NCBI GenBank assembly: GCA_963805625.1
Contig: CAWDVE010000010.1
Coordinates: 1,600,001 to 1,664,000 of the forward strand
Length of the DNA stretch: 64,000 bases
Reading direction: 5' to 3'
From: an uncultured Candidatus Rokubacteria bacterium
Lineage (GTDB): Bacteria > Methylomirabilota > Methylomirabilia > Rokubacteriales > DASRDR01
The number at the start of each line of letters is the position of its first letter. Position 1 is the stretch's first letter. Shown in pieces: positions 1 through 8,879 of this stretch. Both the position numbers and the translations under genes were made by a program. Below the pieces are notes generated by a model that worked only from the letters and a program-made list of their open reading frames with translations, searched no databases and was not told the DNA's origin.

Positions 1-2
1 AG

Positions 3-233
3 GGGGACACGAGCCTGGGGGGCCGGATCCCGGTCAACGTGTCCGGCGGGCTCAAGGCCAAGGGCCACCCCATCGGCGCGACGGGCGCGGCGCAAGTGGC
101 CGAGATCGCCACCCAGCTTCGCGGCGAGGCCGGACGGCGCCAGGTGGAGGGCGCCGCGGTCGGACTCGCTCACACGCTGGGGGGAAACACCGCGACCGTG
201 CTCGTGAGCGTGTTCGGCCGGGATCCCAGGTGA
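3..233 (+). CDS. Thiolase family protein (SCP-x type), C-terminal part, truncated by window start
   Basis: Frame reads GDTSLGGRIPVNVSGGLKAKGHPIGATG...AHTLGG, the thiolase C-terminal GHPxGATG motif; followed by overlapping DUF35 gene. Confidence 0.9.
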   Translation, partial: GDTSLGGRIPVNVSGGLKAKGHPIGATGAAQVAEIATQLRGEAGRRQVEGAAVGLAHTLGGNTATVLVSVFGRDPR

Positions 234-637
234 GCGCGCCAGCCGCGACGGCCGATGCGGCCCGCGGCATGACCATACGCGAGTTCTTCGACGGTGTGCG
301 GGAGGGACGCCTCGTCGTCCAGCGCTGTGAGGCCTGCGGAACGCTCGCCGTGCCCCCGAAGGCCGTCTGCCCGAGCTGCGAGAGCGTCCGCTGGGGCCGG
401 GCCACGCTTGGCGGCGACGGCGAGATCACTTCCTACACGGTGATCCGCGTCCCGCCAGCCCAGTTCGCCGCCGAGGCGCCCTACGTGGTGGCTGTCGCCC
501 GCATGACCGAGGGCGTGTCCTTCCTGGGCCGCCTGACCGGCACGCCGATCGACGGCGTGCAGGTGGGCATGCCCGTCCGGTTCGTCGGCTCATCCGCGGG
601 CGCGGACCCGCCCGTGATCGCCTTCCGTCCCCGCTAG
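230..637 (+). CDS. DUF35 Zn-ribbon/OB-fold protein (thiolase partner)
   Basis: CEAC...CPSC Zn ribbon, then SYTVI..PYVVA..VGMPV OB-fold; GTGA overlap with thiolase stop. Confidence 0.9.
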   Translation: MSAPAATADAARGMTIREFFDGVREGRLVVQRCEACGTLAVPPKAVCPSCESVRWGRATLGGDGEITSYTVIRVPPAQFAAEAPYVVAVARMTEGVSFLGRLTGTPIDGVQVGMPVRFVGSSAGADPPVIAFRPR

Positions 638-780
638 CTCGTCAGCGCTCCCCACTCGGGAGTGCGCCTCCGCTCCGCGCCGCCGCGCCGGGAACTCGCC
701 CCCTCCACGGCAGGTTGCATAATGGAGAGGAGCGTCGCGGAGCCGCGACAACCGCGACGCGGCGCTCCAGGAGGCCTAAC

Positions 781-1803
781 GTGCAGACGCCCCGCATCGT
801 CGCCACCGGCACGGCAGTGCCCGCTCGGCGCTTCACCCAGGAAGAGCTTGCCAACCTCTTCGGGTATGGCGACGGGCTCCAGCGCAGCTTCTTTCACAAC
901 AGCGCCATCGACGGACGACACCTCTACATCACCGCCGCCGAACCCCGGCGCGAGACCATCGACGAACTGTCGGCCCGCTTCGCCGAGGGCAGCGTGCGTC
1001 TGGGCGTCGAGGCCGTCGAGACCTGTCTCTCTCGGGCCGGACTGGACACGGCGGACGTCGACTTTCTCGTGACGACGACCTGCACGGGACGACTCGTCCC
1101 GAGCCTGGACGCGCACCTGATCGGAGCGCTGGGCCTTCGGACAGACGTGCAGCGCGTCCACGTGGGGGACACCGGCTGCGCGAGCGCGATGGTCGCCCTC
1201 CAGCAAGCGTGGAACTACCTCCGCGCCTTCCCGGAGCGTCGCGCGCTCGCCGTGTCGGTAGAGCTGTGCTCGACCACCTACTATCTGGACGACGAGGCCG
1301 AGACCGCGGTGGCGAATGCGATCTTCGCGGATGGCGCGGCCGCGGTGTTGCTCGGCACGAGCGGCGACGGGCCCGAGGTCCTCGGTCACCGGACGCTGAT
1401 CCGCCCGGAATATCTGGATCGCATGGGGTTCACCTTCCCCGGCGGTTCCTATCGCATTCGCCTGTCGCCCGAGGTGCGGCGGATCGCGCCGGCGATGATG
1501 GACGAGCTGACCGGCACGCTCCTGAAGGACCACGGGCTGACCACGGAGGATGTCGGTTTCTGGGTACTCCATTCCGCCGGCCGGCGGGTGATCGAGAACG
1601 CGCAGGCCCTGCTGGGCTTGTCCGACGCCGACGTCGCCTTCTCCCGGGACGTTCTCCGCCGGTACGGAAATCTCTCGTCCGCCACCGTGCTCTTCGTCCT
1701 CGACGCGGTCCTCCGGAGCGGGCGAGCGCGGCCGGGCGACATCGGCCTCATGGTGGCTCTCGGCCCCGGCTTCGCCGCCGAAGGCGCGCTGCTCCGCTTC
1801 TAG
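781..1803 (+). CDS. Type III polyketide synthase (chalcone/stilbene synthase family)
   Basis: Catalytic triad contexts DTGCAS (Cys), LHSAG (His), YGNLSSAT (Asn); VELCS and GPGF motifs; GTG at 781 preceded by AGGAGG. Confidence 0.92.
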   Translation: MQTPRIVATGTAVPARRFTQEELANLFGYGDGLQRSFFHNSAIDGRHLYITAAEPRRETIDELSARFAEGSVRLGVEAVETCLSRAGLDTADVDFLVTTTCTGRLVPSLDAHLIGALGLRTDVQRVHVGDTGCASAMVALQQAWNYLRAFPERRALAVSVELCSTTYYLDDEAETAVANAIFADGAAAVLLGTSGDGPEVLGHRTLIRPEYLDRMGFTFPGGSYRIRLSPEVRRIAPAMMDELTGTLLKDHGLTTEDVGFWVLHSAGRRVIENAQALLGLSDADVAFSRDVLRRYGNLSSATVLFVLDAVLRSGRARPGDIGLMVALGPGFAAEGALLRF

Positions 1804-2544
1804 GTGCTCATGCTGGCCCCGCTGCCCCGTGAAGCCTCGCGCGACGAGCTGATGGACCGGCTCGACGCGTCTCCCGCCGAGCTGACCCGGAGCCTCGCCG
1901 CTATCGCCCGGCTGAACCGGATCGGCGCCACGCGGACCATCCAGCGGCACGTCGCGCCGTTCCTCGCGCGACTACGGGCTGGCGAGACCCTCCGCGTCCT
2001 CGACGTGGGAACCGGGGCGGCGGACATCCCGCTGGCGCTCGCGCGGTGGGCGCGGCGCCACGGCCACCGGGTGCGGATCGTGGCGCTGGACGTCCATCCC
2101 ACAATCCTGCGATACGCGGCTCGAGCCGCGAACGGCACCCCCGAGGTGCAGGTCGTCGCGGGCAACGCGCTCGCGGCTCCCATCCGGCCGGGCTCGATCG
2201 ACGTGGCGCTCTGCTCGCTGGTCCTCCACCACCTGCCCGAGGAAGCTGTCGTCAGCCTGCTCGGACGGCTCGCCGAGCTGGCGCGACTGGGCTTCGTCGT
2301 GAGCGACTTCCGGAGAGGCCGGCTCGCGTGGGCCGCCGTCTGGCTCGCCACGCACGCGGTGTCCTGGAACCGGATGACCCGACACGACGGGCCCCTCTCG
2401 GTGCGGCGAGCGTACACGCCGGAGGAGCTCGCGGGCCTGGCAAGGCGCGCCGGGCTCCCCGACATCCACTGGCACCGTGCCCCCGCATTCCGCCAGGTCG
2501 GCGTCTGGACCCGTCCGGTCCCCAGGACCGCCCGTGCAGGCTGA
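1804..2544 (+). CDS. Class I SAM-dependent methyltransferase (PKS-associated)
   Basis: VLDVGTGAAD motif I, SLVLHH, HDGPLSVRRAYT; abuts PKS stop. Confidence 0.88.
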   Translation: MLMLAPLPREASRDELMDRLDASPAELTRSLAAIARLNRIGATRTIQRHVAPFLARLRAGETLRVLDVGTGAADIPLALARWARRHGHRVRIVALDVHPTILRYAARAANGTPEVQVVAGNALAAPIRPGSIDVALCSLVLHHLPEEAVVSLLGRLAELARLGFVVSDFRRGRLAWAAVWLATHAVSWNRMTRHDGPLSVRRAYTPEELAGLARRAGLPDIHWHRAPAFRQVGVWTRPVPRTARAG

Positions 2545-3799
2545 CGCGGTCGTCGTCGGCGCGGGACCGGCGGGCGCTGCAACGGCGATCCTTCTCGCCG
2601 AGCAGGGACTCTCCGTCGTCCTCCTCGACCGCGCGCGCTTTCCCCGTGACAAGATCTGCGGCGAGTACCTTTCGCCGGAGGGAAGCCGGATCCTGGACCG
2701 CCTCGACGTCCTCGCCAGGGTGGAGGCGCGGGGGGCGCGGCCGCTCCGGGGCATGCGTGTCCTCGCACCCGACGGCACCCTCCTCGTCGGTGACTACCCA
2801 GCCGATGGTCCATGGCACGGCCATCGGCCTCACGCCCTCGCCGTGCGCCGCCGGGTACTCGACCTGGCGCTCATCGAGCGCGCCCGCGAGGCCGGCGCCT
2901 CGGTCCGCGAGGGGATGCGCGTGGTCGACCTCCTCCGCGAGGGCAGACGGGTGACCGGCGTCGTCGCCGAGCCCACCAGGCCGGGGGCGCGGGCCGGATC
3001 GGCCGAGCGCCTCCCCGCGCGGCTGGTCATCGCCGCCGACGGCCGGGCGTCGCTGGTCGTCCAGCGGCTCGGGCTCCGGCGCCCGCACCGCTGGCTCCAT
3101 CGGCTCGCACTCGTCGCCGACGTGGAGGGGGCGTGTGGCGACCCCGAACGAGGCGAGATCGTGCTCGCCCCGCCCGCCTACTCGATCCTGAATCCGGTCG
3201 CCGCCGGTGTGGGGAACCTGAGCCTCGTGATCCCGGTGGAGGAGGCGCGGCGACGCAAGGCGGACCTCGCGGGCTACTTCGACGGGGTGACGCGTGAATT
3301 GCCCGGATTTCGTGAGCGACTCCGCGACGCCCGGCGCGTCGGACCGGTCCGCGCCCTGGGGCCTCTGGCCTACCATGTGGTCCCGCCGCGCGAAGACGGG
3401 GTCGTCCTGGTCGGGGACGCTGCCGGATTCCTCGATCCCTTCACGGGCGAGGGCATCTACGCGGCCCTCCGCTCCGCCGAGGTTGCGGCGGAGGTCGGGG
3501 CCCGGGCCGTGAAGACCGGCGACGTCTCCGCGGCCGCCCTGCGACCCGCCCACGTCCGACGCGCGGCGGAGTTCGCGGCGAAAACCCGGGTTACCCTCAT
3601 CCTCCAGCGTGTCATCGCTCGCCGGGCCCTCTCGGTCGTGGCAGCGCGGCTCCTGGCTGGCCGGCCGGCCCATCTGGCCCGGCTCATGGGTGTCCTCGGT
3701 GATTTCGTGCCGCCGCGCGCGCTCCTCGAACCGAAATTCCTCGCCGGTCTCCTTCCGCACCCGGGGTCCCGCCTGGTGCGGTCCCCGGAGATCCGCTAA
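2534..3799 (+). CDS. FAD-dependent oxidoreductase/monooxygenase (geranylgeranyl reductase-like)
   Basis: VVGAGPAG Rossmann, FPRDKICGE, ADGRAS, GDAAGFLDPFTGEGI; GTG at 2534 overlaps methyltransferase end. Confidence 0.88.
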   Translation: MQADAVVVGAGPAGAATAILLAEQGLSVVLLDRARFPRDKICGEYLSPEGSRILDRLDVLARVEARGARPLRGMRVLAPDGTLLVGDYPADGPWHGHRPHALAVRRRVLDLALIERAREAGASVREGMRVVDLLREGRRVTGVVAEPTRPGARAGSAERLPARLVIAADGRASLVVQRLGLRRPHRWLHRLALVADVEGACGDPERGEIVLAPPAYSILNPVAAGVGNLSLVIPVEEARRRKADLAGYFDGVTRELPGFRERLRDARRVGPVRALGPLAYHVVPPREDGVVLVGDAAGFLDPFTGEGIYAALRSAEVAAEVGARAVKTGDVSAAALRPAHVRRAAEFAAKTRVTLILQRVIARRALSVVAARLLAGRPAHLARLMGVLGDFVPPRALLEPKFLAGLLPHPGSRLVRSPEIR

Positions 3800-3812
3800 G
3801 CTCCGGACCGTC

Positions 3813-4637
3813 GTGGATCCGCGCAGCCGGCTCGTCGCGCTGGCCGGGACGGTCGATGCTCGCTCGCTGGCCGAGGGAGCGTTCTGGATCGCCGCCGAGG
3901 CTCATCCCGGTCTCGACGTCCAGCACTGGCTCGGACGGCTTGACGCGCTCGGCCACCGTGCGTCCGAGCGGCTCACGTCGGAGATGGACGTGGACCGGGC
4001 GGCCTCGGCCGTTGCCCGGTTCCTGTTCGAGGAGGAGGGGTTCCGGGGCAACACCGAGGACTACTACGACCCTCGAAACAGCTTCCTCAACGACGTGCTC
4101 GATCGCCGGCTCGGCATCCCGATCACCCTCTCCGTGGTGTACGTGGCCGTCGCAGCCCGGGCCGGGCTCAAGGCTGCCGGGGTCGGGTTGCCGGGCCACT
4201 TCGTCGTGCGGGCCGAGCGTCGAGGCCGCCACCGGCTCCTCGATCCCTTTCACGGCGGCGCGCTCCTCGACCGCGCCGCCTGCGAGACACTGGTCTCGCG
4301 GGTGCGCCCCGGCGGCGGCCCGCTTGACCCGCGGTGGCTCGAGCCGGTCACCACGCAGCAGATCTTCGTCCGGATGCTCAGCAACCTGAAGGCGGTGTAC
4401 TCGGCCCTGGGAGACTGGGCGCGCGCCCTGTCCGCCGTGGAGCGCATCCTCCTGCTCATTCCCGACACGCTGGAGGAGCTCCGCGACCGCGGCACGCTCC
4501 ACGCTCGTCTCGGCCAAGGGGCAGCGGCGGTGCGTGACTGGGAGACGTATCTCCAGCGTGCGCCCGAGGCGCCGGACGCCGGCCACGTGAAGGACCGCCT
4601 CCGGGCCCTGCGGCAGGCGCTGGCATCGCTGAACTGA
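3813..4637 (+). CDS. SirB1-like transglutaminase-like domain + TPR protein
   Basis: FRGNTEDYYDPRNSFLNDVLDRRLGIPITL, GLPGHF, DPF, RMLSNLK, RDRG TPR. Confidence 0.88.
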   Translation: MDPRSRLVALAGTVDARSLAEGAFWIAAEAHPGLDVQHWLGRLDALGHRASERLTSEMDVDRAASAVARFLFEEEGFRGNTEDYYDPRNSFLNDVLDRRLGIPITLSVVYVAVAARAGLKAAGVGLPGHFVVRAERRGRHRLLDPFHGGALLDRAACETLVSRVRPGGGPLDPRWLEPVTTQQIFVRMLSNLKAVYSALGDWARALSAVERILLLIPDTLEELRDRGTLHARLGQGAAAVRDWETYLQRAPEAPDAGHVKDRLRALRQALASLN

Positions 4638-4665
4638 TCGGGAGGGCCGCGGCGCTCGGATTCAC

Positions 4666-4685
4666 CCGAGGTCGGCGGACCTCGG
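4666..4685. terminator. Possible terminator hairpin between convergent genes
   Basis: CCGAGGTC-GGCG-GACCTCGG perfect 8-bp stem; no clear U-tract. Confidence 0.3.
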
Positions 4686-4735
4686 AGACCCAGGAACCGG
4701 GGATGGCCGAGGCGCGCGGGCAGGCGGGGCTGCGA

Positions 4736-4951
4736 CTAGTGGCTGACGAACCGGCGGAGGTTCTTCAGGTAGTATCCCATCGCGGCGGTGATCACTGCGG
4801 AGATGATGGCGATCATGAGGTGGCTCAGCTCGCGTGTCTCGCGATAGGCGAGGGCCTCCCACACCGTGTAGAAAACCCCGAAGCAGATCGCCGTCCCGAT
4901 CAGGAGCCGGTGCGCGATGATGATGAGCATCGGTTGGCCGCCCTCCGTCAT
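4736..4951 (-). CDS. Small two-TM membrane protein (hypothetical)
   Basis: MTEGGQPMLIIIAHRLLIGTAICFGVFYTVWE...IAIISAVITAAMGYYLKNLRRF; two hydrophobic helices; alternative start at 4930. Confidence 0.65.
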   Translation of the reverse strand: MTEGGQPMLIIIAHRLLIGTAICFGVFYTVWEALAYRETRELSHLMIAIISAVITAAMGYYLKNLRRFVSH

Positions 4952-5326
4952 GCGATCACCCAGCCTGCGTGAAAGGTGCCCGTCAGCACCACCTCGACAA
5001 CGTGGCGCCACACATCCTCGGTGGTCTCTTCGAGCGGGTCCCGGTGAACGATCCCTGCCGCGGTCACGAGGACGTCGAGGCGTCCCAGCGTCGTCACCAC
5101 ACGCTCGACCGCTGCACGGACCGCCTCGGCGTCGGTCACATCCAGGGTCAGGCCCATCCCGCGCCGCCCGGTCGCCGCCCGTGGGCAGGAGATCCGCCAC
5201 CGCCACGTCCGCGCCAGCCCGCGCCAAGGCCATGGCCGACGCACGACCGATCCCCCGGGCACCTCCGGTCACGAGCGCGACCTGGCCGCGAAGATCGCTC
5301 GGACCACTCGGCCCCGGCCCCGGCAT
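4948..5326 (-). pseudogene. Short-chain dehydrogenase (SDR) remnant, frameshifted and C-terminally truncated
   Basis: VALVTGGARGIG..VADL in one frame, switching near 5180 to LDVTD..GRLDVLVTAAGI..LTGTF; stops before the YxxxK catalytic motif. Confidence 0.8.
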
Positions 5327-5328
5327 CG

Positions 5329-7758
5329 TTACCCCGGCTCCCGCGGCGCCGCCGGCGCGCCCGGGGCGAATCCGAGGGCTGACATGAGAGGCGCCAGCAC
5401 CTCCCGATCGCCCGGGGATCCCTCGCGCCACAAACCGGCGACGGCGTTCTGGGGCCCCCAGAGATCCGGGGGCGCCTCGAGTGCGGTCCCGAGGGCCAAG
5501 AGCGCGAGCCCATCGGTCACGGCCGAAGCCGTCGCAGCAACCCGGAGCGCCTCGAGCACGCGCCCGAGGGCCGACTGGATTGCCGGCACCACCTGCTCGG
5601 CCGCGAGCCCCAGGGGGATCCCCAGCGACCGGGTCTCGGCGACGAGCTCACGGAGCCTGTGCGCCGAGGCCGTCACGGACCCGCCGGTGGCGAGCACGGC
5701 AAGCTCCTCCCTCGCCGCCCGAGCCACAAGGCGATCGGCCACGCTCGCGAGAGCTGGCGGGATGGGGCCTTCCACCAGGCGAAGCTCCTCCAGGAGCCGA
5801 CGGCTGCCGGCATCGGCCCACCCCGGGGCGCCCTCCGGAGTCGCCAGGGCGCGCTCGACGAGACGGGCCAGAAGGCGGCGGCGCTCGTCGGGAAACACGT
5901 CATCGGCACCGTACGCCCGGCCGCCGAAGTGCCGGTCGAGCGCCCGAGGCCACTCCGCCAGCCCTCGGCCCAGAAACTCCCGGAAGAGCGCGTCCCGAGC
6001 GGACGCGAGCGCCGCCCCATCGGATCCCGTCCGGACGCGACAGTGGACTTGGCCATCGCGGGCGTGCAGAACCGCCAGGTCCGCCTCCTCGTGCTCGGTC
6101 GTCAGGCGCGCGGTCACGCGCACGCGGCCGATCGCGAGCGACGCCTCGCCCGCGGCCACGCGGGCCCACCGGAGCCGCTCGACCCGGAACGCGTGGACGT
6201 CGGCCGGATCCCCATAACCCTCCGAGGGCCCCGCGATCGCGTAGTGCGCGGCCACGCGCGCGAGATCGGTGGCGGAGGGCGCCACGTGGCGCCGCCATAC
6301 CCCGGCGCCGTCCTGAAGCTCGGGGACGTTCGATGGAGCGGCCGCCAGACGCCGGACCAGCTCAGCCTCGAGCCCGGCGTCGCCACCGAGGACCCTCGCG
6401 ATCTGCAGCACTCGCGCCGCGTACCGGAGCACCTGGACCGTCTCGATTCCCGAGATCTCGTCGAAGAACCAGCCACACGACGTGTACATGAGCAGGCGAT
6501 GGCGCTGGAGCTCGAGGCACCGGAGCACCCGGACGCGGCCCGCCGCGTCCAGCGGACGGATCGCGTGGCGCTCGAGGAAGGCCTCCACAGACGCGGGGCT
6601 CCGGTCGAGGACCACCTCCACGTACGCATCGCGCGCGGCCCACGGATCCTTGACCAGCGCGCCTGCTCGCGCCTCGTAGAGCGCATCCACGACGTCGCGC
6701 AGCCAGTCGAGCGCCTCACGGAGGGGCGCCCGCCAGCGCTGCGTCCAGCCGGGGCGGTGCCCGGCCATGCATCCGCAGTCGCCGCGCCATCGCTCGACGC
6801 CATGCGCGCAGCTCCACGAGGACCCGTCGACCACCCGCGCTTCCATCACGGGGGGATGAGTCGCGAGGAAGGCCGCGTGGTTGGTCAGGCTCGCGGCGCC
6901 GCTCGCCTCGATCCGGGCGCAGGCCGCCGCCAGCGCCATCTCCCCGAAGCGGTGGTGGTGGCCGTAGCTCTCGCCGTCGGTCGCGACCTGAACGAGCTGA
7001 GCGTGTGCGTCCTCATCGAAGCCGGCCAGGAGGCGCGTCGCCATCGCATCACCCGAGCGAAGGAGTCCGCCGAAGGCGATCGCGTGGGAGATCGCCCCGT
7101 CGTAGAAGAAGAGCGCGAGCGCCCGGCCCTGCCCGCCTTCCCAGCGGTACGCCCGGCGCGGATCCAGCGCCTCGGCCCCCGGTCGCCAGTCTCCGTCCGG
7201 TTCCCGCACGCTGGCAGCCTGGCCTGGCGCCAGGAGCGTGAAGCCCACCCCCTCCTCGGCCAGTACCTCGAGGGTCTCGCGGTCCGCGGCGGTCTCGGGA
7301 AGCCACATTCCGGCCGCCTCGCGCCCGAACCGATGCCGGAAGTCAGCGAGACCCCATCGCACCTGGGTGACCTTGTCGCGCCGGCCGCAGAGCGGCAGGA
7401 TCGCGTGGCCATAGGCCTGCGCGATCGCGTTCCCGTGTCCCCGGGTCGCCCGGCTCGTGCGATCGGCTTCCAGGATCGCGCCGTAGACGTCGGGACGCTC
7501 CTGCTCGAACCACGTCATGAGCGTGGGGCCGACGTCGAAGGCGAGCGCGGCGAAGTTGTCGACTACGTCCAGGATCCGGTTCTGCGCGTCCACGCGCCGC
7601 GCGGCCGTGTTGGGCGCGTAGCATTCCTCGGTGACGCGCGCGTTCCAGTCATGATACGGGGCGGCGGAATCCTGGGCCTCGATGCGCTCGAGCCAGGGAC
7701 TCTCGCGGGGGGGCTGGTAGAAGTGACCGTGGATCGCGACGAACCGAGTTCGGTTCAC
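5329..7758 (-). CDS. Glycoside hydrolase family 57 protein with DUF3536 domain
   Basis: IHGHFYQPPRE, HAILPL, GMWLPETA (nucleophile), ATDGESYGHH, SWSCAHGVERW, MYTSCGWFFD. Confidence 0.9.
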   Translation of the reverse strand: MNRTRFVAIHGHFYQPPRESPWLERIEAQDSAAPYHDWNARVTEECYAPNTAARRVDAQNRILDVVDNFAALAFDVGPTLMTWFEQERPDVYGAILEADRTSRATRGHGNAIAQAYGHAILPLCGRRDKVTQVRWGLADFRHRFGREAAGMWLPETAADRETLEVLAEEGVGFTLLAPGQAASVREPDGDWRPGAEALDPRRAYRWEGGQGRALALFFYDGAISHAIAFGGLLRSGDAMATRLLAGFDEDAHAQLVQVATDGESYGHHHRFGEMALAAACARIEASGAASLTNHAAFLATHPPVMEARVVDGSSWSCAHGVERWRGDCGCMAGHRPGWTQRWRAPLREALDWLRDVVDALYEARAGALVKDPWAARDAYVEVVLDRSPASVEAFLERHAIRPLDAAGRVRVLRCLELQRHRLLMYTSCGWFFDEISGIETVQVLRYAARVLQIARVLGGDAGLEAELVRRLAAAPSNVPELQDGAGVWRRHVAPSATDLARVAAHYAIAGPSEGYGDPADVHAFRVERLRWARVAAGEASLAIGRVRVTARLTTEHEEADLAVLHARDGQVHCRVRTGSDGAALASARDALFREFLGRGLAEWPRALDRHFGGRAYGADDVFPDERRRLLARLVERALATPEGAPGWADAGSRRLLEELRLVEGPIPPALASVADRLVARAAREELAVLATGGSVTASAHRLRELVAETRSLGIPLGLAAEQVVPAIQSALGRVLEALRVAATASAVTDGLALLALGTALEAPPDLWGPQNAVAGLWREGSPGDREVLAPLMSALGFAPGAPAAPREPG

Positions 7759-7900
7759 GGAAGGAGGTACCGCTCAGCGTCCGCCCGGGCGCGTCGCGCG
7801 GGCCTCCGGCCGGCGAGGTGGCTCGCGCACGGCCGTGCCCAGCTGCCGGCCGGGACCCGTGCAGATCCGGCCAGGGCGGTCGAGGACGAGACCGCGAAAG

Positions 7901-8233
7901 CTACCAGCGTGGGGGCCGGCCCGAGCCTCCGCGTCCACCACCCATGCCCGGCCCGCCACGGCCGCCGCCACCGCCACCCCCTGCTCCCTGCGGGTTGGCG
8001 ACTTCCACCTTGATTGTGCGACCGTCCAGTCGCTGGCCGTTGTGCATGCTGACGGCCTTCTGGGCCTCCTCGTTGGTCGCCATCTCGACGAAGCCGAAGC
8101 CGCGCGACTGCCCCGAATACCGGTCGGTGATGACCGTGGCCGATTCCACCGTCCCGCACTGGGCGAAATGTTCGCGCAGAGCCTCGGAGGTGGTCGAGTA
8201 CGAGAGACCGCCCACATACAGCTTGACCGCCAT
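7901..8233 (-). CDS. RRM RNA-binding protein with Gly-rich tail
   Basis: KLYVGGL (RNP2), SRGFGFVEM (RNP1); GGAGG RBS upstream. Confidence 0.95.
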   Translation of the reverse strand: MAVKLYVGGLSYSTTSEALREHFAQCGTVESATVITDRYSGQSRGFGFVEMATNEEAQKAVSMHNGQRLDGRTIKVEVANPQGAGGGGGGGRGGPGMGGGRGGSGRPPRW

Positions 8234-8879
8234 GGGACCTCCTTTGGTGACGGATCGGAGCGTTCTTAGCCCCGCAGCATAGCATGGTCACCGGTCCCCG
8301 GGTCCGGGGCCTTGCACCCTCGGCCGGCACCTCCGACGACACGCGCCACCGACTGGATCGAAGCCACCGGAGCGCCCCGAGCGGGGCCAACTAGGGCCCC
8401 GGTCACCGACCACCACTCCCGGAACCTCGAGCGACCAGCACCGGTTCCCGTCGGCCAGGCTTCTCAGCCAGCGGTCAAGGCGATGCGGGCCGCCACGGTC
8501 CGGGTCTCCGCACCCAGCCGGGTATGGACCCGCCCCGTCGGAAACGAGCCGCACCACGAGCCGCGCCGCCCCTCCCGCACGACGAGCGTCTGGCCCGGGT
8601 GCGGCACGTCATCGACCGGCCGCAAGGCCTTCTCCTCGCGTCGCACCCACTGGCGTAGCGTCGATGGGGAGCTGACCGGGACCCGGCCGGCGTCCGGAAA
8701 AGGAGCGGCCGAGCCCATCGACGCCGTGGTCCAGCCCGAGGTCCCGGCGCAGCTCCGTCATCGCGTCCGCGGCCCGGTAGGCCTGGATCAGGTAGTGGCG
8801 GGGAGCCTGATCGACATCTGGTGCTCGAGCTCGAGCCGCCGTCGGGCCCCGAACGGACCCACGCAGAAGCCCGGAGCCG

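Noticed and set aside
5659-8013. Long antisense/alternate-frame ORFs (e.g. 5659..8013, 44776..46890, 55705..58092)
   Set aside because: Shadows of real genes, expected at high GC; Arg/Pro/Gly-rich with no family motifs
8288-8870. Protein-coding gene between the RRM gene and the selenoprotein
   Set aside because: Only short ORFs in several frames with no recognisable motif; possibly a decayed gene, not callable
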